From: Lama guanicoe
Taxonomy: Eukaryota
Length of the DNA stretch: 64,000 bases
Reading direction: 5' to 3'
NCBI GenBank assembly: GCA_013239625.1
Contig: MU054117.1
Coordinates: 2,478,011 to 2,542,010 of the forward strand
Below, one piece after another: positions 1 to 12,510 of the stretch (positions within the stretch are counted from its first letter, which is position 1; each line of letters starts with the position of its first letter). Under the pieces are notes generated by a model, which saw only the letters and a program-made list of their open reading frames with translations, did not search any database and had not been told where the DNA came from. The translations under genes and the position numbers were made by a program.

Positions 1-85
1 GAGTTTGTTTCTGGTTTGTAAATAAATTCATCTTTTTTTTTAGATTACACATGTAAGTGACATCATGGTATTTTTCTTTCTTGTC
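1..85 (-). mobile_element. L1 3'-region fragment
   Basis: Closely resembles the internal part of the L1 copy at ~16860-16950. Confidence 0.7.
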
Positions 86-202
86 TTTGTTTCCTTTTAA
101 TCTTCTTTTTTTGTTGTTGTTTTTCTGTTTTGGTCTCTGTCTTTCAAGTTGGAAGATTTTCTCAAATGTCTGTAATTCTCGGCCATGTTTTTTGGTCCTT
201 AC

Positions 203-1395
203 TTTTTTTTTTTTAACAGTCTTATTTCCATGTAATTCATTTACCATATAACCTACCTAATTCAGTGTTTTTAGTGTATTCACAGAGATGTGCAGCCAGT
301 TAACTCTAGAACATTTTCATCACCCCCAAAATAAACCCCACACCCTTTAACTGTCACCCCTGCCCCCCAGCCTTAGGCAATCACTAATCTGCTTTCTATC
401 TTTATAGCTTTGCCTTTTCTGGACATTTCACATAAATGGAATCATACAATATGTGGTCTTCTGTGACGGGCTTCTTTGATGTAACGTACTGTTTTCAAGG
501 TTCAGCCATACTGTAACATGTATCAAGACTTCAGTCCATTTTATTACTGAGTAATATTCCATTATAGGGATAGACAACATTTTGTTTATCCATTCATCCA
601 TCAGTGACGGTCATTTGGATTGCTTCCATGTTTGGGCTATTGCAGATAATACTGCTACCTTTTTGCAGAACTGCCAGACGCTCTTCCAAAGTGGCTGCAC
701 CATTTTGCATTCCCACCAGCAGTGTACACGGGTCCCAGTTTCCCCACATCCTCGCCAACAGTTGATGTTTTCTGTGACTATAGCCACCCCCGTGGGTACA
801 AAGTGCTATTCATTGTGGTTTTGATTTCCTTGTGCTTAATGGCCATTCGTACATCTTCTTTGCTCATTTTCAAATTGGATCATTTGTCTTTTTATTATTG
901 AGGTAGGAGTTCTTCATATATTGTAGAGAGAAGTCCCTTATCTGGTATATGACTTGCAGCTATGGTCCCCATTCTGTCTTTTCACGTTCTTGTGTGTATG
1001 TGTGTGTGTATCTTAATTTTTTTTAATTTTTGCTTTTTTATTGAAGTGTAATTGATTTACAGTGTTTCAGGTGTACAGCAAAGTGATTCAGTTCCATGTA
1101 TATAAATATGTATTCTTTTCCATTATGTTTTATTAACAAGGTATTGAATGTAGCTCCCTGTGCTGTACAGCAGGTCCTTGTTGTTTATCTGCTTTATACA
1201 CAGTCGTGTGTATCTGTTGACCCCAAACTCGTCATTTACCCCACCGCCCTTTCCCCTTTGGTAACCACAGTTTGTTTTCCATGTCTGTGAGTCTTCACAT
1301 TCTTGAGGGTGTCCTTTGAAGCACAGAGTTTTCACTGTGATGAAGTCCCGTGGATCCGTTCTTCTGTTGTTCAGGCTGTTTGTCCTCATTTCAGA
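203..1395 (-). mobile_element. Old L1MB/L1MA-type 3' region, interrupted by a younger L1 piece
   Basis: Typical motifs (GGACATTTCACATAAATGGAATCATACAATATGTGG; AACTGCCAGAC...TTCCAAAGTGGCTGCACCATTTTGCATTCCCACCAGCAGTG); the sequence resumes at ~1306 after the nested insertion. Confidence 0.85.
993..1293 (-). mobile_element. Younger lineage L1 3' end nested in older L1
   Basis: T-rich tail then TTGAAGTGTAATTGATTTAC...CCCTGTGCTGTACAGCAGG; direct repeat TTCAC(G/A)TTCTTG at 981-992 and 1294-1305. Confidence 0.85.
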
Positions 1396-2237
1396 GACTG
1401 GGGGCTCTGTGTCCGAGGCAGGACTTGTTGCCTGGTGGGCTTCACTTAGTTGATCGGGGTTGGTGAGCCAGCTGTTTTGTTGAGGAAAGCAGTCAGCGTC
1501 AGCATATTTACTGGACTTCTCTCTTTCCTGAGTTGGTTCAGTTTCTCCAGAGGAGACTGATGGATGGAGAGGGAGGCCTGGAGGCCTGGAGGCCTGACCG
1601 CCCAGTGTCCAGCCTTCCAGCCTGTTCCCCGTGTCACATCCGGTGGCTCCCTGGCGCCCCCGTCCTGGCCTCTCTCGCCCCAAGGACGTCCGCTGACCCC
1701 TCACCCGGAAGGCACTTTGAGGCTGTAATTCCTGTTGCTTCCTTTCTCTGCAGAAGCCGCTCTGGCTCAGATCGGCCGTCAGTCCTCTTGAACTTGCTGA
1801 GCTCTTTTGTCAGCTTGGTCTCGTCCCTGTTTCCTTCGCCTGTGTGGTAGATCACGTTAAAACAGCTTTCTGCTCTCATGCAACTCAGCTCTCTGGAGGG
1901 AGGGACAGGCAGTCATGTGGTCAGCCTCCCACTTTACCCAGAGGTCCAGGACTGTCGCCTCTAATGCATTGGTGGTCGTCGTCTGCAGCTGGGTTGAGAA
2001 GGATCTTGAGGGAACCGCTCCTGGATTGACTGGTAATGTCTGCTGGGGGTACCGCAGGGGGTGATGGGGGCGCCTTTCCTACCCATTTCCCTTCTGTTAG
2101 GTAATGAGGAGTCACTGAAGGTTTGTCAGCAGGGCATGACATGGCCAGAGCTGTGCTTGGCTGGATACATCAGGAGCAAGTAGGAGACCAAGTGAGAGAT
2201 TCCAGCCTCTTTAGGGCCTCAGCCAGAGATGCTGGCT

Positions 2238-2335
2238 ATTTTATTTTATTTATTGTGATGGAGGCACCGAGGATGGAACCCAGGACCTTGTGCATGCTGG
2301 GCACGCACTCTACCGCTGATTATACCCCACCGTCC
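2238..2335 (-). mobile_element. tRNA-Ala-derived SINE (Vic-1-like)
   Basis: Reverse complement resembles tRNA-Ala(AGC) with an A-rich tail; flanking direct repeat GAGA(T/G)GCTGGCT. Confidence 0.85.
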
Positions 2336-4676
2336 AGGAGAGGCTGGCTTTAGAGAGTGGCGTGTGGGGCAGGACGCCGGGCTCCCTGTTTCCAGGAAGG
2401 GCTTAGACCATCCCACTTCCCTTTGTCCTCTGCCTCCGCTCCCTTCCCGCCCTGAACGTGGCAGTGGTCACCAGGAGGCTTTGCTGTGGGCGGCCAGCTC
2501 GCGCTGTTACTGTCTGGCCGGCAGGGGTGACTCCCATTTCCTGCTGTGCGTCCAGGGAGGCCGCTGGCCTTTCCTTCAGGGAGCCTCCGCCCTCTCTCCC
2601 CTGCTCCTTCCCCGCCCCCTAGGCCTGTCCACACTCAGCTTTGACTTGGAAGAAGGCACTTGGCTTTGTTGCCCCAAGGGTTCGATTTAGGGTGAGCCCT
2701 CACCAGGGAGGCCTGGTTGGCAGAAGGCACTGATGACACTGCCCGGTGGGGACAGATGGCATATCAGGGGCCCTTTCTGGTTGCTCCTGCCTTTTTTCTG
2801 TTGGTGAGAATATTCTGTATTCTTCTGGCCACTATCCTGGCAAGAACCAGCCTAGGCTCCCATTTCACAGATGGGGAAACTGAGGCATGGAGTAAGCTGG
2901 GGCCTGGCTCTGAGACACCCAGCCCGGGTAAGCCTCTCTCCTGCAGTCCTTCCTGTGATGTACACATGGAGGAAGGCCACACCAGGCGCTGTTCATCACC
3001 TCACTTATCTTAGCATGGGGGTCCAGCTGACAGCCTCATTCTGGGAAGTGACATGCTCAGGCTGCCGAGTTCATAGCGGCAGAACCAGGATTCAGATGCA
3101 GGCCATCGGGCACTCACTGTGCCTGGAACCATCACACTCAACTGTGCTGTCTTGCCAAGGGCCTGGTGCCCCCTGCAGGGCCCTGGTGTTCCCATCCCCC
3201 GCCCCAGCACTTGGTGGAGAAGGCTCCCAATTGCCTGAAAATAACGCCCCCCCAGCCTCTGAGAAACAGCGGCCAGCGGCAGCACGGGGACAGCAGACTT
3301 AGCTGTGCCTTTGGAGTCGAGCCAGGCACTGGGGGTTCTTGGGTTTTCCAGAGCCCAAGCATCCCTTGCAGAAACGGGCAGAGGTGCCCCAGCTGGAGGG
3401 GGGAGGAGCCCGCAAGCCCTCCTCCAGTCTGGCTCCCGGCCCTGGTCCTCCCCTTCCTTCTGACTCTGGGGAGGCTGGAGGTGGTGGTGGTGGCAGAAGA
3501 GAAGGCAGGGGACAGAGGTGCCGGGAAGTGCTGTGCACTCGGCCCGTGCTGTGTGGACCCAACGGGAGGTCACGTTCCCAGTGGGAGACTCAGAGCAGGT
3601 CTCAGCACCCTGCAGCAGTAACCATCACGTAGGGAGTGGGGTGGGCCACCTGCGAGCCCTCCCCACGTCCAAGGGATGGGGACAAGGCAGGTGGCACAGG
3701 GCCCAGCTGGGGCGTCCAGGCTCTGCTGCTCACAGGAGAGCTGTGTCCTGAGGGAGTCTTGTATTTTTTGGGCCCTGTTTCCCCATCTGAAAAATCAGGC
3801 TGCAAGGGGCTGTGTCTCTGGTGTGTGGGCTCAGTGCGCAGGGAAGGGGGCCATGCATTTGCTTGTCCCTGGTCCTCGCCTGAGCCCCCATGGCTGGGCC
3901 TCTCTGAAGGCTGGAGGCTTGGGCATAGTGAGGGCAGGTAAAATTGGAGATGGGGGCATGTCGGTGGCCAGGGCACCTTGGCCGTCATCTGGTCTCTCTC
4001 CTCCTGAGTAGGGGGAAGGTCAGATCTGTGATGTGGGGGACGACTGTCCCCTGCTTGTCAACCGTGAGACTTCTGGTCGACCATGCGGTCCTCACAGGCG
4101 GCTCTGCAGCCATCCTGAACTCTCTCCTGTGTCCTGGCCTGGCCATGCCCTCCCTGGCCCCCAGCCCATGTGAGCCTGGCCACACGGTTAGGAAGGGGGG
4201 CTGCACAGGTGAGGACAGGCTCCAACGCCTCCCGTTTCCTGCCCGGCCGCTGTCTCGTCCGGCCCCCGGGCCCTGGGTGTGCAGGCTGGGGGCAGTCGAT
4301 CGGAGCCCACTTGGAGTGAGAGGAGGACCGCGATGGCCCCTGCGCGGCCCCCCGGCCCACCTCCTCCCGCGAGTTGCTGCTCTTATTGGTGGGGCCGCAG
4401 TGGGAAGTCGTCGGCACGGATCAGTTCCAGCTGGAAGTGGCATCGGTGCGGAGGGGGTTGGGTGGTGAGGATGGGCTCCAATGTGAAATGCAGGGGCCAA
4501 GAGGCTGAAGCCCCCCTCCTCCCGCAGGACATGGGGCACCAGCAGAGGCCACCTGTCCTTGGAGTGGGGCGACGGGATCCTTAGACACCGATGGCCATTC
4601 ATTAACTCTGGTCTGCGGATTGAAAGTGCCGGGCAGAACCGCGCAGGGCCGTGCAGGGAGGCAGTGCCTTAGACCA

Positions 4677-4727
4677 TCCTCCCAGGCTGTCCTCCCAGGC
4701 TGTCCTCCCAGGCCGTCCTCCCAGGCC
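4677..4727 (+). repeat. 13-bp tandem repeat, ~4 copies
   Basis: TCCTCCCAGGC(T/C)G units. Confidence 0.9.
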
Positions 4728-7700
4728 AGGCCCTGATTTTCCCCCCTAGGCACATACCAGCACATGACAATGAATCTGAGCCCCACTCCCCCGCCCCGCG
4801 CCCAGCTGTCCCTGCTCATCTGTCAGTCACCCGACCCTCCGCACCTGTTCCGGGCACAGCTTGCGAGCTGCCCACTGCACCGCAGCTATGAATAGGGTGG
4901 AGGGAGGGGCGCAAGGGGCACTCGGAGGGTGGGGAGGGTGGGGCATCTCTCAGGGTGACATGGGGGGCAGCTTTGCTCTCGGGCTGAGAAGGCAGAGAAG
5001 CGAAGCTGGTTGGGGAGGTGCTTGGGGTGGGGGTACAAGGTGGCAGGAAGTGTGGCCCTAGAGCTGCGGGAAAGGGCGGGGTCTTCACTAGCAGGATGGC
5101 ACTGAGGCCCCGGGGCACCCCGGGCTGGGCTGCTGTCTCTGGCTGGGGGTCCCCTGGGTCCAAGCAGTGGGGCCAGCGGGCGGGTGCTGGGCAGACTCGG
5201 GCCCGTCGCTCGTGGGACGTTTATCTCTGCCCCCATCTCCTCCCCTCTCTCAACCGCCAGCTCACCTATCCTACTTGCTTTCCCACAAGTCACACGTTCC
5301 CTGGGAGCAGGGACAAGGTCCCAGTCTCGTTGGGCCCCCTGCCCTGGCCGAGCTGGGCCAGGGCAGGATAAGGGAGTGATTGAGTGCTTGGAAGGGCCAG
5401 GCAAGGGGGAGGCGATGGCAGGAGACCGGAGGGTACTTGACATGGGGCGGGGCTGGGCTGGGAGGGCTCATGGGGCTGCGGAGGTGGAGCCCCTCCTTGT
5501 GATCTTGGGACCCCTCCTCACTCGGAACCACCGAGAGGTGGGGGGTGTTGGTGCACCCGGCCCAGCCCGGGCCCTGGGAGAGCTGGGTTCCTGCCTCCAG
5601 GGCGCTTACCACCTGGAAGGCCAGGGCTCTCTGACCCGACCCTGCCAGGATGACCCTGCCAGGACGGGGCGCTGGGCAGCTGGCACCCTGTGTGCTGGGG
5701 AGAGCCTGGGAGGGGCCCACGGTCTGAGCACTCAGTATTTCTTCTTTACCAGTTAGGGGATGATTTTCATGTCTATGAGGAAAGGTAGAACCCCCGATTT
5801 CACGGACATAATCGCTTAGAATAAGCATGAGCTGGCTTGAAAGAGACCATTAGGGCCGCAGCGGGGCTCGTGGTGGGTGGTGTGTGAACAGCATTCACCG
5901 GGGGAGGCCAGCGGTGGCTGAAGTCTGGGAGGCGTCACTGTATGTCCTGGCCTCGCCCCTTGGCTGGCGTCAGCCCCACGTCCGGGGGCCTGCCCTTCCC
6001 GGAGCGGGGCTTCCTGCCGGCTCGTTTCCAGGCAGGGTCCATGTTTCGGCCCCGCTCTTCAAGCTACAGCATTGCTCCGGCACATGAACTGTCCCCCAGG
6101 CCCTTTTTTGAGGAAGTTTGACCCCCGATCTCCTAGGAGGAGCGTGCGACTTGGTGGAGAAGCTGGGAGACGGACAGCAGGGTGCTGGCCCCAGCCCCGC
6201 GGCCTCGGGCCCACGACGTCGGTCAGCTTTGACTCCGCCAAAGGCCTGGTCCGCCTCTGCGGGACTCCCGGGTGCCCTCCCCCTGCTCCACCCCCACCAC
6301 GGACTGGGGGCCGTGGTTTGTTTCAGAGCCTCCCCCTGCCGTGGATGTGGCCGTCATTTTTTTGTCCTGCATGGAAGCCGGCGCCGAACACACTGAAACC
6401 TATGTCTTTGCCTTCATCACGAAAGGGGCACGTGCTCACCCTGTTTTGTAGCCTGTTTTTCCTTTTTTCCACTCAACCTTGTGCCATCGTCAGTCCACAG
6501 GAGTCGGTACAGGGCCTTCTCAATGCTGTGTGTGGCTGCGGTGTCCCTGCTGTGCCTGGGACGTCTGACCCCCGCCGGCCGGTCTTGTGCCCGGAAAACC
6601 CTCCCCAAAGGAGAGAAAAATAATGTCTCTGACACCCCCTAATGGCCGGTGACGGGGCAGCCCGGGGCCCAGCTCTGGGTCGTGCTGGCACCTTCCTGGG
6701 CTTCTGGGGCTCCCCTTAGCTTTGTGCAGAAGTGTCCTTGGTGTCAGAATCTTTATCAAGGTCTGGAGCGCCCCTCCTCTGCGGGAATGCACCCTGGGCC
6801 CCGCGGGGCAGTGATTTTGGACGAGTTGCATGTGTGGGAGGAGAGGCTTTGCCTTGAGAACAAGCTGTTTGTAACCTGTCTGTGCATTTCTTCTGAGTCT
6901 GAACTGGCTCTGCGAGCACCCAGGACTCAAATGGGGTGATTGGACATGGGGTCCTGGGGATGGGGACCCTCCGTAGTTTAGGGCTTCAGAAAAACAATTC
7001 CTGTCTCAGTGTCGCCAAGGCCCCAACTGCACCCCTCACCACCGCGTCTCCATCCTTCCCTCCCCTCTGCGCCCAGCTGGGTGGCTGGGTGGCTGGGTGG
7101 GAGAAGCGTGGAGTTGGAGCCTGAAGACCCAGCTGGAGACTTATCCCCTGAGTGGCCCTGGGGAAGGCCTACGGTCAGAGAGCCTCGGGGGTCAAACTGA
7201 GGCCTCCATCCTGCCTTGTCCGCCTCGCAGGGAATGGGTGTGACATCTTGTCTTACCCACCTTTCCCGAGGAGGTTGGGGGGAGGGATCAGGGCACCACA
7301 ACATGCAGCAGGGGCCGCCCTGGGCCCTCCTTCAAGAAGGCGGGGGGTGAGACACTGATCAGAGGACCCGGCCACCCAGGCCCAGGTGGGGAGTGGGTGC
7401 CCTCGTGGGCTCAGTGGGAGGGTGTTAACCAGACTCGCGTTTTACCAGGAACTCTCAGAGCAGTCGGAGGACAAGTTAAACACAAGGAGGCTGGTGTTGG
7501 GGAGACTAGTCTGGAGGCGGAACAGGGACACAGAAGGTCAAGGTGGCCTGACTCACGGTCCCGTGGAGATGGCGGGGAGCCAGCCCCCAGAGCCGTTTCT
7601 GAAAGGGCACTGGTGGGTCTTGGCATCCTAAAGACCGATCTAGGGCCGTGCTTGCAGGGTTGCTGGCGCCTGCGTGCAGCAGGGCTGGGGCTGACACAGG

Positions 7701-7921
7701 CCCCGGTGTGCCCCGGCCGCTGTTCGGGCCACACATCCCGACTTTGCAGCAGGCCTGCGTGGGGCCGCCGTGGAAGCTTCCCGAGATTCTCCATCCCCGT
7801 CCCTCCTCAGCCCACCTGGTTGCGTCCTGGCCTTGGAAGCCAGGCTGTGGCCCCAGACGCCACCCCCAACAGGGCCCCTCTGAATTACCATCCCTTCCTG
7901 CCTCCCTGTGTCTCCCTCCAG

Positions 7922-8062
7922 GCAGACCTCAACACCAACATCGAGGACGAGGGCAGCTCCTTCTACGGCGTCTCCAGCCAGTACGAGAGTCCTGAGAACA
8001 TGATCATCACCTGCTCCACCAAGGTCTGCTCCTTCGGCAAGCAGGTGGTGGAGAAGGTGGAG
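7922..8062 (+). CDS. TEAD4: TEAD4 antepenultimate coding exon (YAP-binding domain)
   Basis: Polypyrimidine tract then CAG at 7919-7921; 141 nt encoding [47 protein letters not shown]; donor GTAGGG at 8063. Phase 0 at both ends. Peptide matches TEAD4 as recalled. Confidence 0.97.
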
Positions 8063-8792
8063 GTAGGGGCCGCGCCGACCGCTGCTCAGCCAGACCCCGC
8101 ACACTTGCAGGCTGGGCCTCACCCCTCCTCTCCTCTTTCCCCAAGTTTGTCAGAATTAATGATGCCTTACCCTCATTGTCTCTCTTTATTGATAACCCAC
8201 CTCGTGCCCAAGCAGAGGCCAGGCAGCCACCTCCCCGTCGTCCTCACCCTGCTGCTCCCTGGATCACTGGAGAGCCTTCCAAACACGCCAGGGAATTAAA
8301 TTTTTACTTTGAGATCACAGTGGATCCACATGCAATTGTAATGCCTTCCCTGGTTCCCCTAATGGCAGTGTCTTGCACACTTAAAGTGTAATATTAGCAG
8401 CCTAGAAGTTGACACCGAGGCAGCCCACCAACCCAACTTAGATTTCATCCATTCACACGAACTCACTTGTGTGCACGTGTGTGCACAGATGTGTAGATAC
8501 ACATGCATGGCAATTCTGTGGCCGCAAGATGCCCCGTGTGCAGCTGGGACTGTCATCACTGTCCCGTCTCGCCTGTCACTCCACCTCCACATCTTGAAGC
8601 TCCTTCCTCCGATTCCTCTGATACCTGGCTTCTGCCGGCCACTCAGGGACGGGCGCTCTGTTCTCAAGGGCCCCCGGCTTCTGCCTTTCCTTCTACCGCA
8701 CTGAAGAGTACACGGGTCGTGGAGCTTCCTCCAGGCCTGGGCTGGAGGTGGTCAAGGATTTCCTAAGCCCCGCTGTCCCCTGGGTCCTGCAG

Positions 8793-8945
8793 ACCGAGTA
8801 CGCTCGCTATGAGAATGGCCACTACTCATACCGCATCCACCGGTCCCCGCTCTGTGAGTACATGATCAACTTCATCCACAAGCTGAAGCACCTTCCTGAG
8901 AAGTACATGATGAACAGCGTGCTGGAGAACTTCACCATCCTGCAG
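8793..8945 (+). CDS. TEAD4: TEAD4 penultimate coding exon, containing the autopalmitoylated Cys (human C367 equivalent, codon 8853-8855)
   Basis: Acceptor CAG ending at 8792; 153 nt encoding [51 protein letters not shown]; donor GTGTGT at 8946. Confidence 0.97.
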
Positions 8946-9297
8946 GTGTGTGCGTGCATGGGGGTGTGTGTGTGCGTGCAGAGGCGTATGTGCGTGCAGT
9001 TGTGTGTGTGCAGAGGTGTATGTGCATGCAGGTGTGTGTGTGCAGAGGTGTATGTGCGTGCAGGTGTGTGCGTGTGGGGTGTGTGCATGCAGAGGTGTAT
9101 GTGCGTGCAGTTGTGAGTGTGCGGAGGTGTATGTGCATGCAGGTGTGTGCGTGTGGGGTGTGTGTGTGTGCAGAGGTGTATGTGTGTGCAGGTGTATGTG
9201 TGCAGAGGTGTATGTGCGTGCAGGTGTGTGCATGGGGGTGTGTGCGTGCAGAGGCGTATGTGCGTGCAGTTGTGTGTGTGCAGAGGTGTATGTGAGT
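8946..9297 (+). repeat. GT-rich minisatellite filling most of the last TEAD4 intron
   Basis: Repeated GTGTGTGCAGAGGTGTATGTGC(G/A)TGCAG modules arranged in larger ~80-120 nt blocks. Confidence 0.95.
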
Positions 9298-9375
9298 GGT
9301 GGGAGTGGGGCGGTGGACAGAGCAAATGCATGCCCTCTTCTGAGGCCCTGACCCCTCCTCCTTTTGCACCCGCAG

Positions 9376-9489
9376 GTGGTCACCAACAGGGACACACAAG
9401 AGACCCTGCTGTGCGTGGCATACGTCTTTGAGGTGTCGGCCAGTGAGCACGGGGCTCAGCACCACATCTACCGCCTGGTGAAGGAATAA
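9376..9489 (+). CDS. TEAD4: TEAD4 final coding exon to the stop codon
   Basis: Pyrimidine tract and CAG ending at 9375; encodes [37 protein letters not shown] then TAA (9487-9489). Includes the conserved YAP-contacting Tyr (human Y429 equivalent). Confidence 0.97.
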   Translation: MVTNRDTQETLLCVAYVFEVSASEHGAQHHIYRLVKE

Positions 9490-9615
9490 GGCCGGGGAGC
9501 AGGGAGTGGGGAGGGGACCTGCACGGGCGGCCCCCCGCCCCGAAGTGCCAAGAGCGTTGAGGTCATGACTCTTCCACCCAGGAACGGACTGTCTGAATCT
9601 GCAGTGCCTACCCCA

Positions 9616-9645
9616 AATAAACCCAAGATCTGTGTATTTTCAGAG
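9616..9645 (+). terminator. TEAD4: TEAD4 polyadenylation signal AATAAA and probable cleavage region (short 3' UTR, ~150 nt)
   Basis: First AATAAA after the stop is at 9616-9621; a CA lies ~20 nt downstream with GT-rich sequence (CTGTGTG) after it. Confidence 0.75.
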
Positions 9646-10740
9646 GGCCCGATCTGGCTGTGTGAGCCTCGGGAGGGATTGAGGGAAAGGGGGGCTGTCT
9701 GGGAAGCGGTCTGAAAACAGCCGCAGGGGGCCCGTCTGGGTTCTGAAGCCAAGGCCCCCGTGGACTCGGCCAGGAAGGGCACCAGATGCTGAAGCACGAG
9801 GTGGGCGGGACCCTGCGCTGCGCGGAGCCCCACCCTCCGCTACCCCCACACTGGGAGCCGATTGATCGGTGTGGTGGGTTCTTGGCCCGTGCGTCCTGGG
9901 TGGGCACCGCGGACACCTGTGTGTGATGCATCTGCCTCCCTACCTGGGGGGCCACCCCTGCTGCTGCCCCAGGACAACAGACTGGGAGGCCCAGCCCAGC
10001 CGGGGAGGGTTTCAGGAGTGGAGGTGACTGAGTTCTTGGGAGGTTGGAAGGGGGCAGGAATTCCCTCGTTTGGTAGTTTTCCTCCGTCTCCGGTGGACGT
10101 GGACTCTGCGGCCACGCTGGCTGCCTGGGGGGTGGGCCGCAGTCAGAGGGGCCCCAGACGGCGAGGGCTGGGGTGCGGTGCTGCAGCCAGCTTGTGAGTT
10201 CAGGTGTTGGGCGGGGTCACACGGCGTCCTCTTTGGTGGTGAAGGTCGAGAACGCTGGTCAGAGGTCTGTGGTGGACAGGGTCTCTGAGACCATATTCCT
10301 GGGATGTCCTGCGAGTCTGAATGGCAAACCCCTTCCAGCCAAGAAGCCTGCTAGTGGGCCTGGAGGGGACCCGCTGAGGGGTCCCCTGGTCTGTTTCTCC
10401 TGGGAACCGGCCTCTGTCCCAGCGCTCCCAGCCGCCTGACCTGTCTCAGCCCGTAGAGGGGGACGGCCTTAGGAGGAGGAGGGAGGGTGTCTGGAAAGTG
10501 CCTGGTACAAGATGCGCTAAGCAGACCGAAGTCACAGCAGCTCATTCCTCTCCGCCCTCGCGCCTGGGCCCGGCCCTCTGCTGCCATCCAGCGGCCATTC
10601 GGCGTTGTCTTCCCTAGTGAGGACCTACACTTCCAGGTGCCCTGAGTGAAGGGGAACAAAGTTCCACCACAGGTGCTGTCTGGGCCCAGCACTCAGGGAG
10701 CTGCCCGGGGAAATGAAATGAGTAGAGGTGATGGAGCCGT

Positions 10741-10955
10741 TCGGAGCAAGGGCTCTGGGGTCAGGCGGCTGGGATTGGAATCCCAGCCGTCAGCGACAAA
10801 CAGCCGCGTGGCCTTGGGGTGAGCGACTTAATTTCTCTGTGCCTCTGTTTCCCCGTCAGTGAGACGGTATAGCAACAGTACCTACCTCGTCTACGCCAGG
10901 TGCCCAGCGTCGCACCGAGCACGTGAGCGTGTTCACAAATATGCATTATTATTAA
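10741..10955 (+). mobile_element. MIR
   Basis: Core CTTAATTTCTCTGTGCCTCTGTTTCCCC...AGTACCTACCTC. Confidence 0.75.
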
Positions 10956-12100
10956 TAGTGTCTGATTCCTTGCGGTCTGAGGAGTCAGGCTGGGAAACTC
11001 TTAAGTGGGGTGAGCTCAGAGCAACCAGAATTCAGAGATGGGAGAGGGCAGGGGGGAAGGCTCAGGGAAGAGGTGGAAACCGAGAGGGGCTGCCCCTGCA
11101 AAGACGGGTGATGTCTAGATAAGTGGCCGGGAGGAGGCAGGCTGTGGGGGCCCCCGATGGGCAGGGAAGCCAGCTCCCAGCCTCCCGCTGTCCTCCGCAG
11201 CCCAGCCTCCCCCTTCCCCTCTGGCAGGCACCTCTGGACAGCCGCTAGACCCCGTGCCAAGCTGTGTGATGGCTGCGGGGCCCGGCCCTCATCTGCCGGC
11301 GCTGTGATGCGGAGGGGGCGTGGGACCCCCAAGGCCCTGAGAAGCAGCATGTACCCCCACGGCCCTGTGTGGCTTGTGTTTTAGGCAGTCCCACCCTCCC
11401 CCAGCCGCTGTCATGGCCCCCGCCCGCCCCCTTCCCCTCCCTTGCAGGGGCAGCTGGGATGAGGGGAGCTCGTGCCCCCTGCCCTTCTAGCGTGACTGTG
11501 AGCCTTCCAACAGGTGTTGTGAAGGATGCGTGGACAGCCTCTGGGCCTGGGCCAGGTGCCCAAGTCAGGTCGATCTTTTTCTGTTGTGGGTGGCTGGAGT
11601 CAGAGTGGGCCCAGGTGTTGGCTGCGAGTTTCCCCTTCTCTATAGGAAATGACCTCCGGAGCCTAATGGAGAGTCACCTGCTCATAGCTGTAGATTCCAG
11701 ACCGGTCAGCCATGGAGAACACAACTGCGGGAACCTCTTCCCCGCATGGTGCAGGCCACGACCCTGGGGGCACATGGAGAGCCGGCCTGGCCCCACTGCC
11801 CCTGCGCCCTTGGAAGCACGTGCCCCTCTCTGCCTTTCGGCCTTGGCACTGCATGTCCCCTGGATGAGCTGTCACTCATTCAAGGGCCATTGTGGCCGCC
11901 TCTGCTCCTGCAGAAGGACTGGTCGCTCCTGCCCTGGGGCGGCAAAGCCTTCCATTCGTGACCCATCAGAGCACCTGTCACGTGTCCCTGACACAGGTGC
12001 CTCTGTCATCTCTGCCATCCTCACCCGGTCACGCTTCTTCTCCCTGTTTCCATGATGAGGGAAGTGGGGCCTGGAGAGGTCAGCTAAAGCTTGCTTGGAG

Positions 12101-12510
12101 CATGAACGCATTTATTCCCTCACTTAACACATATTTATTTAACTGCTGATTTGTGCCAGGCACGGGGGACATAGCCGTCACCCAGACAGACCATGTCCCC
12201 GGGGCGCTTACGTTTCACTGAGGACAGAAGACAAAGTGAGCAAGTAAAGGACACATAGCCTGACAGGTGCTGACGAGGAGACGAGAGGGCGCGAGGCTGG
12301 GGCCTGGGGAGGGTGACCCGTGTGTTCCAGGGACGGCGCGGAGGCCGTGTCAGGAATGGCGAGAGGGGGGCAGGGGCGTGGAGCCAGGCAGGGGCTCAGG
12401 CCCCACCTCTGCGTTTGAGAAGAGCTTGTGAGTTTGTCCCCATGTGACAGAGGTCCCAGAAGTGTTTCAAGCAAAGGAGTAAGACTTTCGGATCTGACTT
12501 TGAGAAAACA
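12101..12510 (-). mobile_element. L2 3' fragment
   Basis: Begins with the reverse-complement L2 terminus (ACACATATTTATTTAAC...TGTGCCAGGCAC). Confidence 0.6.

Noticed and set aside
7397..8299. 300-aa ORF as a single-exon gene
   Set aside because: Only 7922-8062 is TEAD4 exon, bounded by splice sites; the rest is open intron.
8822..9465. Cys/Val- and His/Thr-rich ORFs that look metallothionein-like
   Set aside because: These are translations of the intronic GT minisatellite.
10764..10791. Near-perfect hairpin CGGCTGGGATT-GG-AATCCCAGCCG
   Set aside because: It lies in the tRNA-derived head of a MIR and is too short for a miRNA precursor.
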